From an uncultured Prevotellaceae bacterium (lineage in GTDB: Bacteria > Bacteroidota > Bacteroidia > Bacteroidales > Bacteroidaceae): a stretch of 64,000 bases of DNA. Location: NCBI GenBank assembly GCA_902780635.1, contig CACZGH010000009.1, positions 23,557-87,556 of the forward strand, written 5' to 3'. Each line of letters begins with the position of its first letter. The stretch's first letter is position 1. This document shows positions 55,793-64,000 of the stretch, piece after piece. The notes beneath the pieces are model-generated. The model was not told the origin of the DNA. It saw only the letters and a program-made list of their open reading frames with translations, and searched no databases. Position numbers and translations under genes: made by a program.

Positions 55793-57397
55793 ATGAAAAT
55801 GATGAAACATATCCATATCATCTGCGCCATCTGCGCCATCTGCGGCTTGTACGCCTGTGCAGACTGGGATGACCACTACACTGAGGATGAAGTGGCCGGC
55901 AATCAGCTGACACTATGGCAGCAGATGAAAAACGATGCCACACTGAGCGACTTTTGCCAGATACTGGAGCAGACAAAAGTGTTCCGCATGCACAAAAAAA
56001 CCTCTGTGAGCTATGCACAGTTGCTCGACGGAGGACAGTCGTTCACCGTCGTGGCTCCCATCAACGGCACCTTCAACCGAGACTCGCTGTTGGAACTGGT
56101 CAAAACCAACCAAGGTGACTCCCTTGTAGAGCGATTCTTCGTGTTCAACCACCTCTCACGGTCTGTCAGTTCCTTGACACCCGACCAGCAGTACATGCTG
56201 ATGCTCAACAACAAACACCTGCAGATAGGTCCTGACGGCATCGAGGGAGTCAAGGTCAACACGCCCAACACACATGCAAAAAACGGTGTGCTGCACATCA
56301 CTGACCGCCCCCTTCCCTATCGCTATAGCATCTATGAGGCTCTCTGCAACCAGCCCGAGCTGAAAAACATCGGTGCCAACCTGCGACTCTACGAAGAGGA
56401 CTATTTCGACGCCGACCATTCGGTGTCTAACGGCATCATCGATGGCGTACCCGTCTATGTCGACTCTGTGGTCATCGAGTACAACCGCATGCTGCAGCGC
56501 ATCGGATACATCGACGCAGAGGACTCCACCTATTGGATGGTCGTTCCCACCACACAGGGATGGAAGCAAGCATGGGAGGAGGCAAAAGGTCACTTCATCT
56601 ACGACCAGGGCATGCAGAAACGCGACTCGCTACAACTCTACTGGGCCAACCATGCACTGCTCAGCGACGCCATCTTCAACATGACCGACCAAAAGTCGGT
56701 GCAAGACTCGCTCACATCCGTGCAGTACAGCCGCTCCACACCTGAGTATAACGTGTTCTACAAACCTTTCGCACCCGGTGGTATCTTATACGGAGCCGAA
56801 GTTGAGGAGTGCAGCAACGGCATCCTCTATAAAACCCCAGTATGGCCATTCACGCCCGAAACGACCTATTTCAAGGAACTGTGGAGTGAAGCAGAGTCTA
56901 CACCTCTCATCATCAGCGACAAAGACTGTACCTACAACGTGCGATACCTCTCTGCCGACAGCATCTCAAAAGGTGGCTATCTGCACATCGTGCCACGCAC
57001 TGCCACCTCCAACTGGGAACTCACCTTCCGTGTGAACAACACGCTGAGCGGCGACTATGACATCTGCGCCATCGTGCTGCCACGCACCGTGGACAACCCG
57101 GCTGCAGGAAAACCCTGCAAATTCAGGGCCACCATCAACTATGTCGACACCTTGGGCTACGCACAGTCGTTCAATTGCAACAACACCCAGTTCAAGTCCG
57201 ACCCAGAACGAGTCGACACTGTGGTCGTCGCTGAGGGATTCCACTTCCCAGCCTGCAACTACGCACAGACCGACATCAAAGTCACCGTCAAGCTGCAATG
57301 CTCTATCCTGGCCAGGGAGACGTCCTCCTACTCACGTGAGATGTACCTCGACTGTATCTACCTGAGACCCCGAACCTCTAAAACTGAACAACAATGA
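55793..57397 (+). CDS. fasciclin-domain surface lipoprotein with C-terminal beta-sandwich-like region (paralogous architecture)
   Basis: Lipobox GLYACADW. FAS1 motifs SFTVVAPINGTFNRD and KNGVLHITDRPL. The C-terminus is NWELTFRVNNTLSGDYDICAIVLP...MYLDCIYLRP. The stop overlaps the next ATG as ATGA. Confidence 0.7.
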   Translation: MKMMKHIHIICAICAICGLYACADWDDHYTEDEVAGNQLTLWQQMKNDATLSDFCQILEQTKVFRMHKKTSVSYAQLLDGGQSFTVVAPINGTFNRDSLLELVKTNQGDSLVERFFVFNHLSRSVSSLTPDQQYMLMLNNKHLQIGPDGIEGVKVNTPNTHAKNGVLHITDRPLPYRYSIYEALCNQPELKNIGANLRLYEEDYFDADHSVSNGIIDGVPVYVDSVVIEYNRMLQRIGYIDAEDSTYWMVVPTTQGWKQAWEEAKGHFIYDQGMQKRDSLQLYWANHALLSDAIFNMTDQKSVQDSLTSVQYSRSTPEYNVFYKPFAPGGILYGAEVEECSNGILYKTPVWPFTPETTYFKELWSEAESTPLIISDKDCTYNVRYLSADSISKGGYLHIVPRTATSNWELTFRVNNTLSGDYDICAIVLPRTVDNPAAGKPCKFRATINYVDTLGYAQSFNCNNTQFKSDPERVDTVVVAEGFHFPACNYAQTDIKVTVKLQCSILARETSSYSREMYLDCIYLRPRTSKTEQQ

Positions 57398-60300
57398 GAA
57401 AGTATATCATATCAGCACTGCTGGCATTGGTAGCCATCACCTTGTCAGCCCAGGACATGAAAGAAGTGACGGGACAGGTCGTTGACGCCACCACCGGAAA
57501 ACCCATCGCCGGTGTCATCGTGACCGCATACGGCAACAACCGATATTCCACCATGACCGATGACCAAGGCCAATACACCCTCAAAGCGCCCGACTATGTG
57601 AGGTCGGTGCTCATGCGAGTCGACGGATACAACCTGGAACAGCAGGCTATCCATCAAGGGGTCGCCAATGGCCATCTTCACAACAGCGCTTTCAACGAGA
57701 TTTACAAAACCGCCACACGTGCCACACTACGTGCCGAAGCCAACGACTTCGACAACACCTCTGAGGCCAGTGTCGACCCACTCATCCGCCAGAAAATCGG
57801 AGCCGACGTACGCTCCACAGCCATCAGCGGACTCACCGGTGTGGGCAACAACCTGTTGGTAGGCGGCATCAATTCGCTGCAGACCAGCGCCCAGCCTCTG
57901 ATCGTCATCGACGACGTGGTGATGGACATGCAGTACAGCCGCGAGATGCTCCACAGTGGCTATTTCAACAACTTGTTGGCCAACCTCAATGTCAATGACA
58001 TCGAGCGGGTCACCGTATTGAAGAATGGCACCGCACTCTACGGAGCAAAGGCCGCCAATGGGGTTATCCTCATCCAGACCAAGCGCAACAAGAGCATGGC
58101 TACCAAAATCGACGTTACCATCAACGGACGCTATGAGCTGGTGCCTCGACTGCCAGAGATGCTGGGGGCTGAAGACTATCGTCTCTACACCACAGAGTTG
58201 CTCGCTGGCAAGACCAAGACCATGGGGCAAATGAAATACCTCAACAATGACCCCTCCTATTTCTATTACAATCAGTACCACAACCAGACCGACTGGACCA
58301 AAGAAGTTTACGAGAACGCCTTTTCACAAAACTATGGCATCAATGTGCAGGGTGGTGACGCCGTGGCGTCATACAACCTCTCCGTGGGCTACTCCCTGGC
58401 CAATAGCACGCTGAAGAAGAATGATTACTCGCGCTTCAACATGCGTCTCAACACCGACATCGAAGTGATACGAGGACTCGATGTGCGATTTGACGCCGCA
58501 TACAGCGATGTGGACCGCAAACTCACCGACGACGGAGCACCTCTCAACGCACTCGAAGGCGTCATCACATCGCCAGGATTCCTTGGACTGACCAAAGCAC
58601 CCTTCCTGTCACCCTATGCCTACGACAAAAACGGGAACATCAGCCACTACCTCGCCGACGCCGACGACTATCTGGAGGGGATGTTCCAGGGGAAAGGACG
58701 CCTGGCCAATCCTACCAGCATCCTGAAAAACGGTGAGGGCAACAACCGCAACTCATTCGGCAACCGCCTCATCACCTTTGCCGTCACACCCAAATATCGC
58801 TTCAACAAACACCTGCATATCAATGAGCAGTTCGTACTCGGACTGGTGAACACCAACGAAAACTACTATCTGCCCATCCAAGGTGTGCCCACTTTCACCG
58901 TGAAAGGACTCGACGAGGGCACCACACTGCAGAACATCGCTCAAAGCCAGGCCGCACGACAGACAGCCATCCAGAGCGACACCTACCTGACATGGAACAA
59001 CCGCTATGGTGCCCATTTCATCGACCTCAGAGGGGGTGTGCGATACATCAGCAGCGACTACAAGCTCACCTCACAGCGCGGTTACAACACCGGTAACGAC
59101 AAAACCCCAAACATGAGCAACTCACTGCAGTTCAAAAACACTGGAGGTGCTGATGACAAGACACGCGAGATCTCATGGTATGGACTGGCCAACTACAACT
59201 ACGCTGAGCGTTTCTATATCGACGGTGGACTCTCCGTACACACCTCATCACGCTTCGGCGACGATGCATCAGGCCTCAAGATGGCTGGAGTGGTGTGGGG
59301 ACTCTTCCCAAGCATCGAGGGTGCATGGGTGCTGAGCAATGAGCGGTTCATGGCAGGACTGAAAGGCATCGACTACCTGAGACTCAACGCCGGTTTCGAT
59401 GTCACAGGCAATGACAACATCGACTACACCGCCTCACGCAGCTACTTCGTCTCCAACATCATGCTCAACAGTCAGGCCACTGGCCTGAGCATCGGAAACA
59501 TCGGAAACACAGACCTGAAATGGGAGACCACACGACGTATGACAGCCGGACTGGAGGGCAACTTCTTCAACAACCGCGTCAACCTGAAGGTCAACTACTT
59601 CAAGAGCTGGACCTCTGACCTGCTCACCCTCCGACAGCTCGCATGGACCAGCGGTCTGCAGCAAAACTGGACCAACGGCGGCAAACTAGAGAACGAGGGC
59701 TTCGATGTCACCATCGGATGGAAAGCTCTCGCACTCAAAAGCTTCCAATGGGAGATCGGAGCTTCGGCCGGACACTATAAGAATAAGGTGACCGAACTAC
59801 CCGACGGACGTTCATTTGAAACCAATATCTATGGTGCCACCATCAAGACGCAGATAGGTCAGCCCGTCGGTGTCTTCTACGGATGGAAATCTGAAGGGGT
59901 TTACACCAACACCGCCGATGCCAAAGCCGATGGACTATACCGTATGACCGACAACGGCGAGAGAGCCTATTTCCAAGCTGGTGACATGCACTTTGCCGAC
60001 CTCGACGGCAACAAGGTCATCGACGATGCCGACCGCTGCATCATCGGCGACCCCAATCCCGATATCTATGGCAACATCTTCACCACCCTCAACTGGAAGA
60101 ACTTCTCACTCGCAGCAGTCGTAGACTATTCCTTAGGCAACGACATCTACAACTATCAGCGTTCACTGCTCGAGGGCGGAAGCCTCTTCCTCAACCAGAC
60201 CACTGCGATGAACAAACGCTGGACCTCAGAAGGACAGGTCACTGACATACCACGGGTATGCTACACCGACCCCATGGGCAACGCACGCTTCAGCGACCGT

Positions 60301-60546
60301 TGGATCGAGGATGGCAGCTACTTGCGCCTCAGCTCCGTGACACTGAGTTACCACCTGCCTATCCGCAGCACTTACCTGCAAGGTCTCACCGTTTGGGGCA
60401 ACGCCTCCAACCTCTTCACCCTGACCCACTACTTAGGCAGCAATCCCGACCGCGCCCTCCCAGGAAGCATCCTCTCTCAGGGCATCGACACCGGCATGCT
60501 CTCCGCAGGCAGGTCTTTCTCACTCGGTCTCAATATCAACCTCTAA
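57394..60546 (+). CDS. SusC/RagA-family TonB-dependent outer-membrane transporter (copy 2)
   Basis: Has a signal peptide, a CarboxypepD_reg-like start (VTGQVVDATTGKPIAGVIV), a plug (IVIDDVVMD, GVILIQTKRN) and a 1050-aa barrel. Confidence 0.92.
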   Translation: MRKYIISALLALVAITLSAQDMKEVTGQVVDATTGKPIAGVIVTAYGNNRYSTMTDDQGQYTLKAPDYVRSVLMRVDGYNLEQQAIHQGVANGHLHNSAFNEIYKTATRATLRAEANDFDNTSEASVDPLIRQKIGADVRSTAISGLTGVGNNLLVGGINSLQTSAQPLIVIDDVVMDMQYSREMLHSGYFNNLLANLNVNDIERVTVLKNGTALYGAKAANGVILIQTKRNKSMATKIDVTINGRYELVPRLPEMLGAEDYRLYTTELLAGKTKTMGQMKYLNNDPSYFYYNQYHNQTDWTKEVYENAFSQNYGINVQGGDAVASYNLSVGYSLANSTLKKNDYSRFNMRLNTDIEVIRGLDVRFDAAYSDVDRKLTDDGAPLNALEGVITSPGFLGLTKAPFLSPYAYDKNGNISHYLADADDYLEGMFQGKGRLANPTSILKNGEGNNRNSFGNRLITFAVTPKYRFNKHLHINEQFVLGLVNTNENYYLPIQGVPTFTVKGLDEGTTLQNIAQSQAARQTAIQSDTYLTWNNRYGAHFIDLRGGVRYISSDYKLTSQRGYNTGNDKTPNMSNSLQFKNTGGADDKTREISWYGLANYNYAERFYIDGGLSVHTSSRFGDDASGLKMAGVVWGLFPSIEGAWVLSNERFMAGLKGIDYLRLNAGFDVTGNDNIDYTASRSYFVSNIMLNSQATGLSIGNIGNTDLKWETTRRMTAGLEGNFFNNRVNLKVNYFKSWTSDLLTLRQLAWTSGLQQNWTNGGKLENEGFDVTIGWKALALKSFQWEIGASAGHYKNKVTELPDGRSFETNIYGATIKTQIGQPVGVFYGWKSEGVYTNTADAKADGLYRMTDNGERAYFQAGDMHFADLDGNKVIDDADRCIIGDPNPDIYGNIFTTLNWKNFSLAAVVDYSLGNDIYNYQRSLLEGGSLFLNQTTAMNKRWTSEGQVTDIPRVCYTDPMGNARFSDRWIEDGSYLRLSSVTLSYHLPIRSTYLQGLTVWGNASNLFTLTHYLGSNPDRALPGSILSQGIDTGMLSAGRSFSLGLNINL

Positions 60547-60558
60547 ACGACAAGCATC

Positions 60559-62259
60559 ATGAAAAAAATATTTCCATACATTGTCATCCTCTGTATCACA
60601 TTGGGCATGGCAGGCTGTGCCGACATGATGGACACAGAATCAGAACTGGTGGAGTTTGAGAAAGACAACACCCTCAACCACCCCACCGACTCCGTCTACA
60701 GTGTGATGGGCATCATCAACAAGATGCAGCTCATCGCCGACCGGGTGGTGCTCTTAGGTGAGGTAAGGGGCGATCTGGTGGCCACCACCGAAGCCGCCTC
60801 CTCTGACCTGAAACGTCTGGCTGCTTTCGACAATGCCACAGACAACAAATACAATGCGGTGAGCGACTACTACGCTGTCATCAACAATTGCAACTACTTC
60901 CTGGCAAATGTCGACACCACACTGCAGAGACGTGGCCGCACACTCTTCACCTCTGAGTATGCCGCAGTCAAGGCTTTCCGTGCATGGACCTATCTGCAGT
61001 TGGTCAAGGCATACGGTGCCGTGCCCTACGTCACCGACCCTGTCATGACCGAACAGGCCGCACGCGACGAGATGAACAAGCCACGCTTGGGCATCACCGA
61101 CATCTGCAACGCACTGATTGATGACCTCAAACCCTATGCGCTGACCGAACTGCCACGCTATGGCAACATCAACAGCCTCAACTCGCAGATGTTCTTCATC
61201 CCAGTGAGAGCACTCCTCGGCGACCTCTGCCTCTGGGCTGGCCGCTACAAAGAGGCTGCCACCTGGTATCATGACTACCTGACAGACAAGAACAACCCAC
61301 GTCCCATGAACGCACAGTCGCGCGTCTACTGGCCAACAAACATCACTGAGTTCAACCGCTCTACACCCATCGACGCCTATCGTGTGACAAGCACTGACGA
61401 GGCTCTCAGCTTCATCCCCATGGAAAACAGGGTCTTCGACGGTGTAGTAAGCGACCTGCCAAATGTTTACACTTCGACCACAGAAAACAACTACTACTAT
61501 CAGGTGACACCGTCTCAGGCGATGTTTAAACTGTCGGCCAGCCAGATCTACTGCATGGAATATAAGACCGACACCGAGACCGACACCATCTACGTACCCA
61601 AAGAGGGACTGATGGAAGACGTGATGGCGGGCGACTTGCGCCTCTACTCCTCGTTCAGGCTGCGCTCAAGAGGCGCACAAGACCCCTACTCGGAGTACTC
61701 TTCTATCAGCCAGACCATCTCCAAAATCTCACCACAGTGGATCACCACTTACCGGCTCTCCATGGTCTATCTGCGCTATGCTGAGGCTCTCAACCGTGCC
61801 GGACTGCCACAGTCGGCATTCGCAGTGCTCAAATATGGCCTCTACCCTGAGAACGTGAGCGTCTATGTAGACAGTTTGGAGAGGGTCAGCGCAGGCACAT
61901 TGATTGACTTCGACGGCAATATCTTCAACAACACCTCTATCACAGGCATCCACTCTTTAGGCTCCGGCGACTCACAGGCCAACGCACTCTATGCCATGCC
62001 CATGCCAAGTCAGCCATTGGCTTCACGCCAGGACACCATCGCCTATCAGATACCTCTGGTGGAAGACCTCATCATCAATGAGATGGCACTCGAAGGCTCC
62101 TTCGAAGGATACAGATTCTACGACCTCATGCGTGTGGCCCTGCGACGCAATGACCCTGCTTATCTGGCCAACCCCATCGCACGACGCGGAGGCGAGACGA
62201 ATGCCACCCTCCAGGCCCTGTTGATGGACCAGAAAAACTGGTACTTGCCTCTCAGATAA
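60559..62259 (+). CDS. SusD/RagB-family nutrient-binding lipoprotein (copy 2)
   Basis: Lipobox GMAGCADMMD and LEGSFEGYRFYDLMRVALR near the C-terminus. Confidence 0.88.
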   Translation: MKKIFPYIVILCITLGMAGCADMMDTESELVEFEKDNTLNHPTDSVYSVMGIINKMQLIADRVVLLGEVRGDLVATTEAASSDLKRLAAFDNATDNKYNAVSDYYAVINNCNYFLANVDTTLQRRGRTLFTSEYAAVKAFRAWTYLQLVKAYGAVPYVTDPVMTEQAARDEMNKPRLGITDICNALIDDLKPYALTELPRYGNINSLNSQMFFIPVRALLGDLCLWAGRYKEAATWYHDYLTDKNNPRPMNAQSRVYWPTNITEFNRSTPIDAYRVTSTDEALSFIPMENRVFDGVVSDLPNVYTSTTENNYYYQVTPSQAMFKLSASQIYCMEYKTDTETDTIYVPKEGLMEDVMAGDLRLYSSFRLRSRGAQDPYSEYSSISQTISKISPQWITTYRLSMVYLRYAEALNRAGLPQSAFAVLKYGLYPENVSVYVDSLERVSAGTLIDFDGNIFNNTSITGIHSLGSGDSQANALYAMPMPSQPLASRQDTIAYQIPLVEDLIINEMALEGSFEGYRFYDLMRVALRRNDPAYLANPIARRGGETNATLQALLMDQKNWYLPLR

Positions 62260-62330
62260 CACCCCACGAAGGGGAAACTTGATAACTTATCAACTAAATA
62301 ACTTTTTTTATTCACTAATTTTAAACTTTT

Positions 62331-64000
62331 ATGAGAAAAACTTTTTACCTTTTTGTCGCCATGGTATTATGTATGCTGGGAGTGACAAAGTCGTATGCAG
62401 AGGTTCGTGTACCGCTCACAGCGGACATGTTCTGCACATGGGATGGTGTGGGAGTCGACGCCCATCAGACGGGGCAAGCCGACTGCGAAATGCACATCGG
62501 TGAAGAAGTAGGCTCAGGCACCACTCTGTTCGGCGCCTCCTCTGTCTACTATCTCTCGTATGCCAACCTCTCCGGAGCAAAATCACTGGAGTTTGAAGGC
62601 ACATCAGGCATGCAACTGCGCGTGCTGATGAACCGTGTGGAAAATGAGGGCGCACTCGTTGAGAGAAACGTCACCATCGGCGACGATGGAAAGGCTGTTG
62701 TCGACGTGAGCGACCTGGCCTATGTTCACCTCAACGCCATTAAGACAGGTTGGGGTAGCCCTGCTGGCACCATCAACAGCATGGTGGTGGTCAAGGAGTC
62801 TGAGGCTCCGGCACCAGGATGGCAGAGCCTTATCATCAATGGAAACCTGGAGGGCGATGACAACTCTTGCTTCTTCCTCGTAGAACAGAATGGTTCCGGC
62901 CTTCAGAATGCCGAGATCATCGACGGTGTAGGTTTTGACGGCAGCCGGGGTATCATGGTGCAGTCGGCTGATGAACCCGCCAACGACTGGGCTACACAGT
63001 TCTTTATCCGCAGTAATGAGATCATTCCTATCGGCACCAAAATCCATGTCGAGTTTGACTACCGTGCCGACCAGGATGGCGACTGTGACACACAGGCACA
63101 CCGCGAGCCACAGGATTATATCCACTATGAGATGATTGGCTCACCTCATTTCACCACTGATTGGCAGCACTACACCTACGAGGGTGAAATCACCTCCAAT
63201 CAAGGCGGTGACAACAACGACATGCAGACCATCGCATTCAACCTCGCCAAGAACAAAGTGGCCACACAGTTCTTCTTCGACAACATCCAGTTCAGCAAGT
63301 ACCAGACTGGTGTCGACATCCGTTTCAACATGGATATGCTCCAGATCAACTTCGGCTATGACACCAACGTCGCCGACCTGGTCAAAGCGGGTGGAGCCAA
63401 GCGTCTCCTCTTCCCCACCAATTGTGTCCATGTGAAAGTCAATGGTGAACAAGTGACGCTCCTCTCTGTTGAAGGATTCGAAAACGGCAAGTTCTACGCT
63501 TTCATCGACCAGGGATATCCCGAGTCTGAAGATGATATCGTGGAGGTGGCCTTCAACAATCCTTTCGAGCCCGAATTCCATCTCATATATGGTGAGAATG
63601 CACCTGAGGGCGACGTACCCAACTTCGGCTATACCAAGGCCAACTACGACGAGAACCTCGACGTCTATCCTTTCGCTTACGAGACGCCGACCCTCATCTC
63701 TGCTGACCCAGAGGATGGCTCCTTCAACCTGCCTGTCAACATCAGCGAGTTTAAGGTGACCTTCGACAAACTCGTAGACTGCGCCGCTGTCGTAGCCAAA
63801 CTGGACAACTCTCCACTGGCTGTCGTTCCGTCTACTGGCTTTGCAAAAGAGCTCACTCTCAAGCGCGCCAGCACCGATCTGGTTCCTGGTGAGTACACCA
63901 TCACACTGACCAAGGTTTATCCTGAGTTGCGTCTGAGCGACGAGGTGTATGGCGAGTACAGCTATGTCCTCAACATCGGTCCTGTCAACTCCGATCCTGA
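62331..64000 (+). CDS. secreted protein with CBM-like beta-sandwich and Ig-like (Big_5/SbsA-type) region, partial (runs off window)
   Basis: ATG 62331 opens a frame with no stop through base 64000 (556 codons). It is absent from the ORF track because no stop is in the window. It has a signal peptide (MRKTFYLFVAMVLCMLGVTKSYA), LIINGNLEGDD...NDWATQFFI...TDWQHYTYEG...FFFDNIQF (CBM4/9/22-like logic), and later ADPEDGSFNLPVNISEFKVTFDK. Confidence 0.8.
   Translation, partial: MRKTFYLFVAMVLCMLGVTKSYAEVRVPLTADMFCTWDGVGVDAHQTGQADCEMHIGEEVGSGTTLFGASSVYYLSYANLSGAKSLEFEGTSGMQLRVLMNRVENEGALVERNVTIGDDGKAVVDVSDLAYVHLNAIKTGWGSPAGTINSMVVVKESEAPAPGWQSLIINGNLEGDDNSCFFLVEQNGSGLQNAEIIDGVGFDGSRGIMVQSADEPANDWATQFFIRSNEIIPIGTKIHVEFDYRADQDGDCDTQAHREPQDYIHYEMIGSPHFTTDWQHYTYEGEITSNQGGDNNDMQTIAFNLAKNKVATQFFFDNIQFSKYQTGVDIRFNMDMLQINFGYDTNVADLVKAGGAKRLLFPTNCVHVKVNGEQVTLLSVEGFENGKFYAFIDQGYPESEDDIVEVAFNNPFEPEFHLIYGENAPEGDVPNFGYTKANYDENLDVYPFAYETPTLISADPEDGSFNLPVNISEFKVTFDKLVDCAAVVAKLDNSPLAVVPSTGFAKELTLKRASTDLVPGEYTITLTKVYPELRLSDEVYGEYSYVLNIGPVNSDP

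Noticed and set aside
1-64000. Search for tRNA, rRNA, tmRNA, transposase, integrase, phage, toxin-antitoxin or defence-system genes.
   Set aside because: I could not find any tRNA-like T-arm (GGTTCGAATCC-type) in the intergenic regions. No ORF has recombinase, transposase or recognisable defence motifs. The window appears to be core chromosome plus one uptake locus.

Overview
The window reads as a chromosomal segment of a Bacteroidota genome, order Bacteroidales and probably Prevotellaceae. The taxonomic call rests on four things visible in the sequence. TAnnTTTG -7 promoter motifs sit in front of many genes. There are SusC/SusD pairs, a T9SS C-terminal sorting domain, and a UpxY-type NusG paralog. 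Most of the window (1-45 kb) is densely packed housekeeping. It contains anaerobic ribonucleotide reductase (nrdDG), RNase Y with zapA, rfbA with a Wzc-like tyrosine kinase, HU and RNase G. It also contains fabD, a GH13 enzyme, rpsF-rpsR-rplI, an OmpR/HK two-component pair, fmt, a ClC channel, tsaC, a ROK kinase, rfbD, prfC, a complete seven-gene trp operon, rpe and an ECF-type sigma factor. The last 18 kb is an accessory-looking outer-membrane uptake locus: two SusC/SusD pairs interleaved with three fasciclin (FAS1) lipoproteins, then a CBM-like protein that runs off the window. I saw no rRNA, tRNA, CRISPR array, transposase or integrase. Five signals are not explained by the ORF track. (1) A cobalamin riboswitch has its own promoter and terminator but no downstream ORF. 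(2) A 16-codon Trp-Trp-Trp leader ORF plus a terminator hairpin lies upstream of trpD. (3) A family of 7-8-nt-period tandem repeats and C5/G5 hairpins is scattered through intergenic spacers, some of them inside operons. (4) A 29-codon Lys/Arg-rich micro-ORF resembles bS22-type ribosomal proteins. (5) The fasciclin/SusCD locus has no enzyme or regulator gene in view. All product calls come from motifs I recognise by eye. No database search or RNA folding was possible, so RNA-element boundaries are approximate.
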